Shown here: piece after piece, positions 9,881 to 19,822 of the stretch | Position numbering within the stretch: position 1 is the stretch's first letter | How the letters are laid out: each line of letters starts with the position of its first letter | Assembly (NCBI GenBank): GCA_030668875.1 | Contig: DAOVER010000013.1 | Location: 1-32,000 of the forward strand | Reading direction: 5' to 3' | DNA length: 32,000 nt | DNA from: Candidatus Heimdallarchaeota archaeon | Lineage (GTDB): Archaea; Asgardarchaeota; Heimdallarchaeia; Heimdallarchaeales; Heimdallarchaeaceae | The notes under the pieces: model-generated | The model's input: only the letters and a program-made list of their open reading frames with translations | Databases searched by the model: none | What the model was told of the DNA's origin: nothing | Translations under genes and position numbers: made by a program

Positions 9881-12110
9881 CTAGACTTTTCTGCGGGATT
9901 GAAGTTAAAATGTCTGAGTTAGCTTTCTCTTCTTCACTTGTTGGATCTATTTCTCTTTCAACAAACTTGTCTCCAAACAGATGAGAATAAATAGATTTGA
10001 CTAAATCTTTTCCAAATCCTGAGAGTTTTGTTATATCTGCAGGTTTGGTCTGTTTTAGTATCTCTTGTGTTTTGTAACCTTTATTAAAAAGTAATCTTGC
10101 TCTTACTCTGCCTACTCCTGGAATCTGGACAAGGTCAACTAACTCCCCTTTTATTCCGTTGACAATTCTATTGTGCAAAATTTTTGTGTGCCCTGCAATC
10201 TCATTATGACCCAATAATTTGGCTATTTCAGTAGTGGCATATAACAACCATTCTGAATTTGCTACAACTGAATATATGTCCCCACTACCAATTTTATATC
10301 GGTCTAACATGGTATCTTCTGGTGTTTCAGAAATCCAATCTTTAAGAATTAAGGCAGTTTTCAATTGACTCATAAACAATTCTAAATCAAAAGATGTTGT
10401 AGGGAGTTCTAGTAAAAATTCATCTTCGTGATCGCTTACATAGTTAATTAATTTAAATTGATCATCTTTTTTTACAGTTGTGAATCTAACATCTGGTGTT
10501 GAACAGACTAAATGGAGAAAGCTGATGTCTGTTAGTAATCCTTTAGCCATTGTTTTTGCTCTCATCAATCCTTCTCTGATAGTTATCCCACTAAGAGGGT
10601 CAATGTATAATTGACTTACTCGCTTACCAAAACTTGTTGCAATTAGATAATCAGGATCTTTTGTAATAAGACCTTCTTCTCTCAAAAATCGGATGACTTT
10701 GAGAAGGATTGTGCTTAAACTTGTTGGATCTTGTTGATAGCCATAAAAAGTCTGACCAAAGAATTCATGCAATTCGTCCAAAGATTGAGTGTTATCAGTA
10801 GCAATTTGACCTAATACTATCCGACGTAGTGCAGGTTCTGCAGCTATTTTAGAATCAATGTCTTCAGTATCAGCTGTGATATACATCTCTCTAAGGTTTT
10901 GTGCATCGTACTCGTTTTTTGCTATAACTATGGCATCACCTTCTTTATCATATTGAGGTCTTCCAGCTCGTCCTGATTGCTGTTTAAATTCTAAAACAGG
11001 AATTGGGTAACTACCCAACGTGACATCATATCGATAGATGCTTTTTATTATAACATAACGGGCTGGTAAATTAATTCCACTTGCAAGAGTTGGTGTGGCG
11101 CTGAGAATCTTGATATAACCTTTTTTGAAATTATCCTCTACTATTCTTCTTTGAGTTGGACTTAATCCTGCATGATGAAATGAGACACCATTTTGAACCA
11201 ACTGTGCTAAGTTTTTTGATTGCTTAGTTTGTTCTCCAGATGTTGTAATTTTTCTCGCTGCTAGAAGTAGTTGTTCTTGTTCCTCTTTTGTAAGAGTCTT
11301 CTTCACATGGTTAATTAGATTCCTAGCAGTCGATTCTGCCATATTTCTTGTTGTAACAAAGACCAAAGCCTGTTTCTTCTTTTTCAAAATATGGGTAATT
11401 AGATTATTGAAACTGTTTTTGTAGATTAATGGTATAGAATCTGTGTGATCATCGTAGATTATTTGATTACCATTGAGAACCCCCTCATTCAACTTAACAG
11501 GTCGCCAATAACTTGAGACGAGTTCCGCTTCTAACCATCTAGCGATTTCATCAGCATTTCTTATTGTCGCACTGAGAGCTAAAATCTGTGCTTTTGTTAA
11601 TTTCCTGAGTTGTGCTAAAACAACTTCCAATGTAGGACCTCTTGAGGAGTCATTAATTAGATGAACCTCATCAGCCACAACTAAACCAATCTTAGAGATC
11701 CACTTTGCTTGATGTCGAATAGCTGAATCAATCTTTTCATTTGTTGCTACTATCACGTCAGCATGCTTTGCATTACTATCCTCTCCATCATAGTCACCAG
11801 TAAGTAAAACAGTTTTCTTCCCTATTAAATCCAGATAATTTTTGAATTCTACAAATTTCTCATAAGCAAGAGCTCTGAGAGGTGAAAGATATAGTGTTTT
11901 TAATCCTGAATCAGTAATGATTTTCAAGCTTGCTAATATTGCTAATAATGTTTTACCAGAAGCTGTAGGTATGGCGACAACAAGATTATTGCCCTCAAGT
12001 AGTTTCTTTTTTATAGCTTCTACTTGAGGTGGATAGAGAGAAACTATTCCTTCCTTCGCTAATTTATCTATTACTATTTGCGGGATGGGAAGATCTGCAA
12101 TATTCATCAA
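9861..12110 (-). CDS. hel308: Hel308 (Ski2-like SF2) DNA helicase
   Basis: LYPPQ, PTASGKT, DEVH, LSAT, TPTLASGINLPA, QQSGRAGRP and a C-terminal HhH (QIPGVGRVRA). Confidence 0.92.
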   Translation of the reverse strand: MMNIADLPIPQIVIDKLAKEGIVSLYPPQVEAIKKKLLEGNNLVVAIPTASGKTLLAILASLKIITDSGLKTLYLSPLRALAYEKFVEFKNYLDLIGKKTVLLTGDYDGEDSNAKHADVIVATNEKIDSAIRHQAKWISKIGLVVADEVHLINDSSRGPTLEVVLAQLRKLTKAQILALSATIRNADEIARWLEAELVSSYWRPVKLNEGVLNGNQIIYDDHTDSIPLIYKNSFNNLITHILKKKKQALVFVTTRNMAESTARNLINHVKKTLTKEEQEQLLLAARKITTSGEQTKQSKNLAQLVQNGVSFHHAGLSPTQRRIVEDNFKKGYIKILSATPTLASGINLPARYVIIKSIYRYDVTLGSYPIPVLEFKQQSGRAGRPQYDKEGDAIVIAKNEYDAQNLREMYITADTEDIDSKIAAEPALRRIVLGQIATDNTQSLDELHEFFGQTFYGYQQDPTSLSTILLKVIRFLREEGLITKDPDYLIATSFGKRVSQLYIDPLSGITIREGLMRAKTMAKGLLTDISFLHLVCSTPDVRFTTVKKDDQFKLINYVSDHEDEFLLELPTTSFDLELFMSQLKTALILKDWISETPEDTMLDRYKIGSGDIYSVVANSEWLLYATTEIAKLLGHNEIAGHTKILHNRIVNGIKGELVDLVQIPGVGRVRARLLFNKGYKTQEILKQTKPADITKLSGFGKDLVKSIYSHLFGDKFVEREIDPTSEEEKANSDILTSIPQKSLDEFFSK

Positions 12111-12121
12111 ACATCACAAAA

Positions 12122-15100
12122 TTATGCTAACTTAACGTAACCATCTCTTGGTGAATATATTTCACCATTACTTCGAAGTTGTTCTATAACTTTATCTACA
12201 AAGTCTTCTTCAACATTATTCTCTTTAGCAAGTTCTTTGATTTTTTTAACTGATACTATATCGACAGTTCCTTTTCGAGATTCCTCTTTAATCAAATCAA
12301 TAACAGTTTGCATTTTTGATCTGGATGCTTTGGTTGTTCCTGAAAGTAAGAAATCAATGTCAACTTTACCCGTAACGGGGTCTTTCCCTACCTGTTCCAG
12401 AGAAGATCTTAGAAGATTAATAGCGGCTTCAACATGATCTATTGTTACTTCATCCTTCAAAGCCATTCTAGCTTGAGATTCAGATAAACGGATGATTGCT
12501 TCAAGATATCTGGGTGTTATAGCTATAGCTGTATTATCATCCGAAGTTTTCCTTAAATCTAAATAATAAGCTTCAATTCTTTCCATAGCTTCATCTGTCA
12601 AAGCTGGTTCAACTTGTTGTTTTGCATAACTGATATATTTTCGAAGTAAATCCATTGGAATGACAGGTTCTACAGCTTCAGTAATGTGTCCTCTTCTCAA
12701 TTCTAATATGTGTCTAGCCATTTTTTTGTCTTTATCTTCATCAGGTATATCTTTAATAACAAAAATCAAATCGAAACGAGATAGAATAGTAGGTGGAAGG
12801 TTGATATTTTCATTGGGAGGACGAGTGTCTTCATACCTACCAAAACGAGGATTAGCAGCGGCAATGATAGAGGTACGAGCATTCAGTGTGGCAACTATGC
12901 CTGCTTTCGCTATACTGATTGTATTATGTAACACTACACCATGACTTATGAAATTCTCAGTGGGTTCAACTGTTACATCATAAACCCAATCTGTCTTAAA
13001 CTCACCAGCATTTTCAACTTTTACAATATTTATTACGCTTAATTTATTTAATCTCAACAGGGAAGCACTTTTGTTATCATCTTCGACACCTGGAACGATT
13101 GTATTAATTTCTAGATTCTTTGCATTTACAATCCTTATTTCATCATTATTGTAAGTATAGATTGGGTGATTTGGTGTTACTACAATATCTATGCCATTAG
13201 AATAAGTTATTTTATAGAAATATTCAGGAGCTTTGTGTCTACTCACTCTGTTTATCTGTTTATCAAAAATCTCCTTAAAATTCGTTGTTAGAATATTATA
13301 ATGTAATCGTTCAGTTGAAAGAATTTCACAATTTTTACCTTCTATCTGGAATTCACTATGTTTAAGAAAAAGATTATCTACAAATGGTCCTATTTTGTGT
13401 TTCTTTCCATTGAAAAGGACAAACTCAAAATTTGGATGGTAAGAATGTTGTTCCATCGCTTCATGTATTGAGGAACGGTCGACTGGGTTCATCTTATCAA
13501 ATTCATCAATTAAACAAGTTCCCCTATCTGCTAATACTAATGCACCAGCTTCTAAAGTGAACTCACCTGAATCGGGATCACGAACTACAGCTGCTGTATT
13601 ATGTGTAACAAATCCATTTACAATGAAATTGTGTGTTTCTGGTATTGACAAGTCATAAACAAGCTTATCTGTATTCTCAAACTCTTTAATTTCTGCAATT
13701 TCATCCCATAAAATATCTGAATTTGCTAGTGCTTCTAGTAACTCATATCTTTTCTGTAAATATTGATGCTTTTCCTTTATCTTTTCAAGTATGTTTTCAA
13801 TGTAGTTTATCACATTCGATGGTAAAACTATATTTTCAAGTGTTTTTAATTGGACAATTATTCCAATTGGAATCGAGACAGCTCTGTTTTTTCTAATGAA
13901 GAAATCGTAAATATTATCAGAAGTGAGTCCTATTCTACTTTTAATCACGTTTCTTTCATATTTCTTATTTATTTCAGAAAATAGAGTGTTTCGTATAGAA
14001 TAGGGTAATTTTACCTTATGTCTTAACCAGTTTGTATCAATTTGATTTAAAACTTCACTCAAGCGTTTTTGAGATATAGATTTATTTAGTGCCCAACCAG
14101 TAAAAGCTCCTTGATAACCAGTCAGCTCTCTACTACTATGATCATAGAATTTTTGTTGCTCATTAATCAGTGCAATGATATGAGGTATGTTATCCAAATT
14201 TCGGTGCTTTTTTTTGGTTGTTTTACATATTTCTTCTAGCTTTTCTCTTTTCTTTACATGTCTAAAACCAACAAATTCTTTGAAGATCTTAAAATCTTCA
14301 TTATTGCTAAATATAATTGCATATTTATCTAACTTCCCAATAATCTTAAGGCCATCTTTTCTAATTGATTCCTTTGGTTTTCTTACTCGTCTAAATGAGA
14401 CAATACTGTATACTGCTAAAGCATCTTGAATAAAATTTGCTAAATCATTGCTTGTTGTAGATATACCGATGTGAGATGAACCGTTTTTTCTTGTTGATAT
14501 CCATCCATCTGAATCATAGATTCCTTGAAGGAAATTCTTTAAAAATGCTTCAGGATAAAATAGAATGTCCCAAATGGGTGCTATAGTACTTGACTTAGGT
14601 GCAGCAGTCAACCCAAAATAGTTGAAAATATGGTAAAGTAATTTAGACCATATTCTATATTCGGCAGGTCTAGACTGTGTTTTTTCAGTTTTACTTATAA
14701 CGAAACCTAACTTCTTGAAGAATCGTTCAAATGTATCCAATATTTCTTGTTGATTGTTAGATAATCCAATAGTAACACCACCATAACCTTCTGATCTTTT
14801 GTCAATTGATACTCGACCATCACCCATCAAAATACCCAATATGTAGAACCATTCATCGTCTAAGGTTTTCGGAAGAAAAATAGTTTGACCTTTTTTAATT
14901 TGTAATTCTAATAAACTTGGAAGTTCTTTAAGAAGATTTTTGTTTGCTAATTCGCATAAGTTACCAAAGTGTCTAAAACTTATAGAACCTCGTTTGTTTT
15001 TGTCTTGCCAGCAAGCAATTGTACTCTCAGTAACCTTGAGAATTTTCGCTATATCCTTGGTAGTATACGTGGTACTATTCTTCAATTCCCCAATAATTGT

Positions 15101-17218
15101 TTTTACTTTTTCCTCTATAGAAGAAAGAGTGATTTTACCTTCAAAATTACTAATAATTTCATATGATGAAGGCACTTCTTTTCTTTCTAAAATAGGTATC
15201 TTTTTTGCAGTAGCTATCCTATCCCCTTGAGCAAGTATTTTTGCATGTTTCCAAACAACTCCTTCACCCTTTGTTATCGAGAGTAAACTAGTCTGAGGAG
15301 TAACAGTAAGTTTTTTTCCTGTTCGAGATGTAATTCCAATTAACCTTTTAGGAGGTTGAATCTTCCAAAATCGTGAAATAAGTTGTTTGTCTAATTGTAA
15401 ATTTTTGGAATGAACAACTGATTTTTCGTCGTTATTATTCTTAACATATTTCATCCGGTTATTATATTCGAAGATCTCACTAGATTGAAATTCATATTCA
15501 ACTATTTCAGAAATAGGTTTAATTTGATTGTCCAGAAGGATTCTACTATCACCCGTAACACAAAGACCTGCAGCGGTGCTTGCCTTACCTGAAGTTAAAA
15601 GTCCTCTAGGTGCTAATCTTGCTATATATTGCAACATTTGACTATTGTGAACAAATATACCGTTAGCAACAAAGTTGTGTGTTTCCGGTACTTGGAGATC
15701 ATAAACCCATTCGAAATTTGGTTTTATTTCTTCAATTTCTTCAATTTGATCCCAGAATATATCTGATACCACAAGATTTGCATTAGTTTTACCACGTTCT
15801 ATTGTTTCATTTATCTTTGGATTTGGTTTGATTTTATGTTCTCTTGGAGTAGCAATGTACTCTCCCTTTGATATGCATTGAGTTTCTTTTGAATAAATTA
15901 GACCATCTTTTTGTATAAATAATGGATGTGTTGGTGTTACCGTGAGTTCTTTTCCTGATGAGGTTTTAACCTTGTACATAATTTTTGGTGCTTTCCTTTT
16001 CCAAAAGATATTTGCATTGGAAATCTCGATTTTTCCTTTGCTGTTCATTGTATGAATTTGTACATCACCTTCAGAATAGTAACCATCATCAATTTCATGC
16101 ATGTTATCCTTTAGTTTTTCATCTACCAAATCTTCTATTTTGATCAATTCTCCGTTACCAAGAACTACCTCAGTTCCTGGTCTCACACATTTAGCTACAC
16201 CAGGATCGCCTACTAAAAGAACATTTGAATCTCCTCTTTGTTTCATCCCATCAGGTGCAACTCTTGATACGCCTCCAAACAATACTGAAGCCAGTGCTTC
16301 CTTTATTGTTTCCATTCCATAAATTGAAGGAGCAATTGAACGCACTATCCTTCTATGAATGTTAAGGTCTTTGGAGAGTTTAATTATTTCTGCCTCTGTT
16401 TCAGGGTCAATTTCGATTTCTTCATATTCTTTTTCTCTTGAAGAAATAAAATTCACATCTAACCATGGGTCAAAAGTAGCTGTTTTGCCTTTCCTTTTAT
16501 CGAAAATTGATTTCATCTTGAGGATGCCCGAAGCTATAGCTCTATCTCCAGCTCTGACTGTATCTACCAAATCTCCTACCAATCTTGAAGGCAGTGCTCT
16601 TGGGATTTGTCCTGGAGGTAATGTTTCAGGTTTCTCTTGAACAGTAACAGTTTGTAAATCAGTGTAGGTTGATTCCTCAGTTAATAGTTTGAAAGGTCCT
16701 TTCTTTCCACAATTGGGATTTGCACATCTATTGGGTTCGGCATATATTCCGTCCACTTGGTTGATATAATGTACTTCTCCACATATCGCACATTGAAAAA
16801 CACCTTGAACTAAAAGCGGTTTGACAACACTTTGTCTAATAATAATCCCTTCAACAGAGATGAATTGACCAAGATGAACAGACCTTAATCTTCTTAGATC
16901 CACCTGATCTGGAATACTGATAAAGCGTGCATGAAAAACTTCTCCACTTGAAGCATAAATAGGATCTTCAACACGAAGAACTTCAACTAAAGCATCATCA
17001 GCTGATTTGATAGTTTCCTCAGGATTCTCTCTGAGAAGTCTTGCAAGTTCTGGGTCGTATCTTAGCAAATCATCATAATTGAGAATTATTGAAGTAAGCC
17101 CCTCAAGTGACATTTTCTGAACTTGTTCAATGTAAATATGCTTTCCATTCTCATCTTGGTAGCCTTGATAGAATTCGCGGAATCTCTCAACTGGAGTAGA
17201 TGTCATATCAACATGCAT
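12122..17218 (-). CDS. mcm: MCM replicative helicase precursor with three inteins (1698 aa; 687 aa after splicing)
   Basis: C4 zinc finger CAIC...CANPNC, Walker A GDPGVAK|S, IDEFDKM, AAANP, LSRFDL. Removing 182+655+174 aa of inteins leaves 687 aa. Confidence 0.96.
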   Translation of the reverse strand: MHVDMTSTPVERFREFYQGYQDENGKHIYIEQVQKMSLEGLTSIILNYDDLLRYDPELARLLRENPEETIKSADDALVEVLRVEDPIYASSGEVFHARFISIPDQVDLRRLRSVHLGQFISVEGIIIRQSVVKPLLVQGVFQCAICGEVHYINQVDGIYAEPNRCANPNCGKKGPFKLLTEESTYTDLQTVTVQEKPETLPPGQIPRALPSRLVGDLVDTVRAGDRAIASGILKMKSIFDKRKGKTATFDPWLDVNFISSREKEYEEIEIDPETEAEIIKLSKDLNIHRRIVRSIAPSIYGMETIKEALASVLFGGVSRVAPDGMKQRGDSNVLLVGDPGVAKCVRPGTEVVLGNGELIKIEDLVDEKLKDNMHEIDDGYYSEGDVQIHTMNSKGKIEISNANIFWKRKAPKIMYKVKTSSGKELTVTPTHPLFIQKDGLIYSKETQCISKGEYIATPREHKIKPNPKINETIERGKTNANLVVSDIFWDQIEEIEEIKPNFEWVYDLQVPETHNFVANGIFVHNSQMLQYIARLAPRGLLTSGKASTAAGLCVTGDSRILLDNQIKPISEIVEYEFQSSEIFEYNNRMKYVKNNNDEKSVVHSKNLQLDKQLISRFWKIQPPKRLIGITSRTGKKLTVTPQTSLLSITKGEGVVWKHAKILAQGDRIATAKKIPILERKEVPSSYEIISNFEGKITLSSIEEKVKTIIGELKNSTTYTTKDIAKILKVTESTIACWQDKNKRGSISFRHFGNLCELANKNLLKELPSLLELQIKKGQTIFLPKTLDDEWFYILGILMGDGRVSIDKRSEGYGGVTIGLSNNQQEILDTFERFFKKLGFVISKTEKTQSRPAEYRIWSKLLYHIFNYFGLTAAPKSSTIAPIWDILFYPEAFLKNFLQGIYDSDGWISTRKNGSSHIGISTTSNDLANFIQDALAVYSIVSFRRVRKPKESIRKDGLKIIGKLDKYAIIFSNNEDFKIFKEFVGFRHVKKREKLEEICKTTKKKHRNLDNIPHIIALINEQQKFYDHSSRELTGYQGAFTGWALNKSISQKRLSEVLNQIDTNWLRHKVKLPYSIRNTLFSEINKKYERNVIKSRIGLTSDNIYDFFIRKNRAVSIPIGIIVQLKTLENIVLPSNVINYIENILEKIKEKHQYLQKRYELLEALANSDILWDEIAEIKEFENTDKLVYDLSIPETHNFIVNGFVTHNTAAVVRDPDSGEFTLEAGALVLADRGTCLIDEFDKMNPVDRSSIHEAMEQHSYHPNFEFVLFNGKKHKIGPFVDNLFLKHSEFQIEGKNCEILSTERLHYNILTTNFKEIFDKQINRVSRHKAPEYFYKITYSNGIDIVVTPNHPIYTYNNDEIRIVNAKNLEINTIVPGVEDDNKSASLLRLNKLSVINIVKVENAGEFKTDWVYDVTVEPTENFISHGVVLHNTISIAKAGIVATLNARTSIIAAANPRFGRYEDTRPPNENINLPPTILSRFDLIFVIKDIPDEDKDKKMARHILELRRGHITEAVEPVIPMDLLRKYISYAKQQVEPALTDEAMERIEAYYLDLRKTSDDNTAIAITPRYLEAIIRLSESQARMALKDEVTIDHVEAAINLLRSSLEQVGKDPVTGKVDIDFLLSGTTKASRSKMQTVIDLIKEESRKGTVDIVSVKKIKELAKENNVEEDFVDKVIEQLRSNGEIYSPRDGYVKLA
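12923..13444 (-). mobile_element. MCM intein 3: 174-aa Ser-initiated mini-intein
   Basis: HEAMEQH|SYHPNF...ENFISHGVVLHN|TISIAKAG; block B TPNH. Confidence 0.9.
13598..15562 (-). mobile_element. MCM intein 2: 655-aa intein with LAGLIDADG homing endonuclease
   Basis: STAAGL|CVTGDS...HNFIVNGFVTHN|TAAV; LAGLIDADG-type motifs LGILMGDG and LQGIYDSDG. Confidence 0.93.
15644..16189 (-). mobile_element. MCM intein 1: 182-aa mini-intein in Walker A
   Basis: GDPGVAK|CVRPGT...HNFVANGIFVHN|SQML; block B TPTH; no endonuclease motifs. Confidence 0.93.
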
Positions 17219-17448
17219 TTTGTCAACCTTACTACTTACAGACTCATTTCTTTCAGTATAATAAGTCTTACTTCAAAAAGCCAAAATATTGCTTCCATTA
17301 ATCTAATGAACTTTGAGTATATAAAGTAATAATCTTTTTAACTAGCTATGTTATATGGTATTCAAGGAAATTTTTGTGCAAATTGTGAAAATAAGAAACT
17401 ACTTAACACATAATGCACTCTAAATTTTAAGAAAAAACGAGTGGTAGA

Positions 17449-18798
17449 ATGACTTATACTTTCACACACCTAACATTGCAAGGTCTTATTGTTTGGCTAT
17501 TGTTGTCAAAGGAAAATAGAGAATACTATAAGGAACATAGATGGGAATTTCTCCTGATAAACGTCTTTGCTATTCTCCCAGATATAGATTTGCTTATTGG
17601 GACACACAGGTCGTATACGCATAGTATAATCCCACCAGCATTTGTTTTGTTAAGTTTTATTGTAATAGGTTTAATCAATAAACGAACAAATTCTTTTGAT
17701 GAAAGAGGTAAGAGAATTGTCCGATTCTTTAAACTTGCTGCAATTATGTGGTTGTTACACATTGCTCTAGATATAGGTTGGGATCCAATCCTTCTATTCT
17801 GGCCTATAAACACAAATTTCTATGAATTATCAGTGTATCTAAGATTTGAAAACCAACCATGGCTGTTCTTCCCCTTATCATTCCTTGGAATTATTCCAGA
17901 TTGGAGGATTTACTCTTTTCAAGAAGGAGCAGGTATGTTTTTTGTGGATTTAACACAAGCAGAGAGAAGTCAGATTGTGGGCAATTACTGGGATTTACCC
18001 ATTGAGCAATTTGGGCTTCATCTTACTATCATGATTACTTGGTTGGTTGTAATAGTGCTACCAGTCTTTAAGAGGAAAAAAAAGAAGAAGAAAAGTGAAT
18101 CAAGCAAAACTGGAAGGGTATTGAAGATTACATGGAAAAGGATTACTAAACAATTAACTTTAATTGGGTTATTCTTCATTGGAGTAGGTTTGTTACTTGG
18201 ACCAGTGATTGGAAAGGAAAGAATAGTTAATTATCAAGTTTCTTCTGATTATGTTAATACACAGAATTATTTTGATCCAACCTTGGGTCTTGTTTTTACA
18301 AATAGACCTCAATCTTCCACAGAAATCATTTTTCAAGGTGAGTATGGTCTTACTCCATATAACACCACTGTTGTATTAACAAATAATAACACTTTCTTTG
18401 ATTTCTTCAATGCTTTTGAGAATCTAACTTTACAGTATTATGGTCAGAATATAACCTACGCAGACATGATTGTTGGTTATAACTCTTTGATTATTCCCAT
18501 AATAGAGGAAAGTTACTTTGTTGAACAATTAATTCACGAGGAAAATTCTGTAGGGCTCAGTATAGTACTTAATGAAACAACAGCTGTTGAGAATAACTAC
18601 GTTATTGCTTTTGTTAGTCAATGGAACATTTCTGATACATTCTATTATGAAGCAACAATAGCGATTGAATATACTTTCTTGCGAAATGAAGCACAAATTG
18701 AAGGACTTGTAATCGGATTGATTGGTTTAACACTAATCGCTGTGGATCAGCTTATAGATTTACCTAAGAAGAAAGAAGTGATACAAAAAAATGATTAA
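17449..18798 (+). CDS. Membrane-bound metal-dependent hydrolase (YdjM-like) with C-terminal extension
   Basis: THL, ILPDIDL, HRSYTHS and HIALD motifs in a multi-TM N-terminus; extra C-terminal domain between two hydrophobic helices. Confidence 0.7.
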   Translation: MTYTFTHLTLQGLIVWLLLSKENREYYKEHRWEFLLINVFAILPDIDLLIGTHRSYTHSIIPPAFVLLSFIVIGLINKRTNSFDERGKRIVRFFKLAAIMWLLHIALDIGWDPILLFWPINTNFYELSVYLRFENQPWLFFPLSFLGIIPDWRIYSFQEGAGMFFVDLTQAERSQIVGNYWDLPIEQFGLHLTIMITWLVVIVLPVFKRKKKKKKSESSKTGRVLKITWKRITKQLTLIGLFFIGVGLLLGPVIGKERIVNYQVSSDYVNTQNYFDPTLGLVFTNRPQSSTEIIFQGEYGLTPYNTTVVLTNNNTFFDFFNAFENLTLQYYGQNITYADMIVGYNSLIIPIIEESYFVEQLIHEENSVGLSIVLNETTAVENNYVIAFVSQWNISDTFYYEATIAIEYTFLRNEAQIEGLVIGLIGLTLIAVDQLIDLPKKKEVIQKND

Positions 18799-19781
18799 GA
18801 AATCAGCTTTGTAGTTATTTCAACTAAGTCACTATCAACGTTTAATTCTATTAAAGAAACATTAGAGAGCGATATAACTTCGTCTACAAAAGAAACCCTG
18901 CGATAGGTTCGGGCATAAATTACTCTTAAATCTTCTATGTTTTGAATAATAGGGAGAGGGTTACCTCCAATCGTTCTCTCAAGGTCACTTATCATATAAA
19001 CAATTTTCTCTCTGGAAGAACTCTGTTTGAGTTGATCCAAAGCAAGTTTGAGTGCATCTTCAAGATTGGTTTTTCCACCACTTTCAATATTCAAAATAAG
19101 TTCAACTAGTTCATCCGGATTGGTGTATTTGTGCATAGGTTTCAGAACAGTTGATTCAGAATCAAATACAATAATAGAGAAATTTTCTTTCTTGACCGAT
19201 AGGGATAGAACTGATGCCATCAGAACGATTTGATGAATAAGTTGCAAGACACTCAAACTTTTGTCAATACAAACAACAATACTCCTCTTCTTCTTAGTAG
19301 GTTCCTTTGAGACAATACTATCATGATCAAGCGATTGTTTGCCATTACTCATCATTTTTTCAATAGTCATCTCAAGTTCCCAATCAAGACCAGGTTCGTA
19401 ATTAATGTATTTTGAGACTGATGCAGAAACTCCTTTCCGGTAAATAGCTTTTGCCTGTTCTGTAATGAAGGGAATAAGCTTATCTAACGTCTTTTTTCGA
19501 AGCTGGTAATTTAGATGTTTCTTCGTTCTCGAATATAATTGAATAAGATCTTCACCTCGAAGTTGTTCCAAAACTATGTCACTAATTTCCATGTCATTCA
19601 TGATTTTTGCAGCTATCATTGGATAGTTAGTGGCAATTAATCTAAGAGCATCCAAATTTTTATTTTCAGCAGCTTGTTTAGCTAATTCAATAATTTTAGC
19701 CATATCTTCTTGTTTTCTACCTAATTCCATCTGTATCTCGTTAATTATCATACGACCAGCATCTTTGGAAGGAAAGGTCAA
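18795..19781 (-). CDS. VWA-domain protein (CoxE-like MoxR partner); start uncertain
   Basis: MIDAS DKSLS, GGKT, ISD; directly downstream of the MoxR ATPase. Frame stays open 22 codons upstream of the TTG. Confidence 0.8.
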   Translation of the reverse strand: MTFPSKDAGRMIINEIQMELGRKQEDMAKIIELAKQAAENKNLDALRLIATNYPMIAAKIMNDMEISDIVLEQLRGEDLIQLYSRTKKHLNYQLRKKTLDKLIPFITEQAKAIYRKGVSASVSKYINYEPGLDWELEMTIEKMMSNGKQSLDHDSIVSKEPTKKKRSIVVCIDKSLSVLQLIHQIVLMASVLSLSVKKENFSIIVFDSESTVLKPMHKYTNPDELVELILNIESGGKTNLEDALKLALDQLKQSSSREKIVYMISDLERTIGGNPLPIIQNIEDLRVIYARTYRRVSFVDEVISLSNVSLIELNVDSDLVEITTKLIS

Positions 19782-19822
19782 GAATGGCTCATCCCCTATA
19801 ATACTGAAGGTAGGGTCACCAA

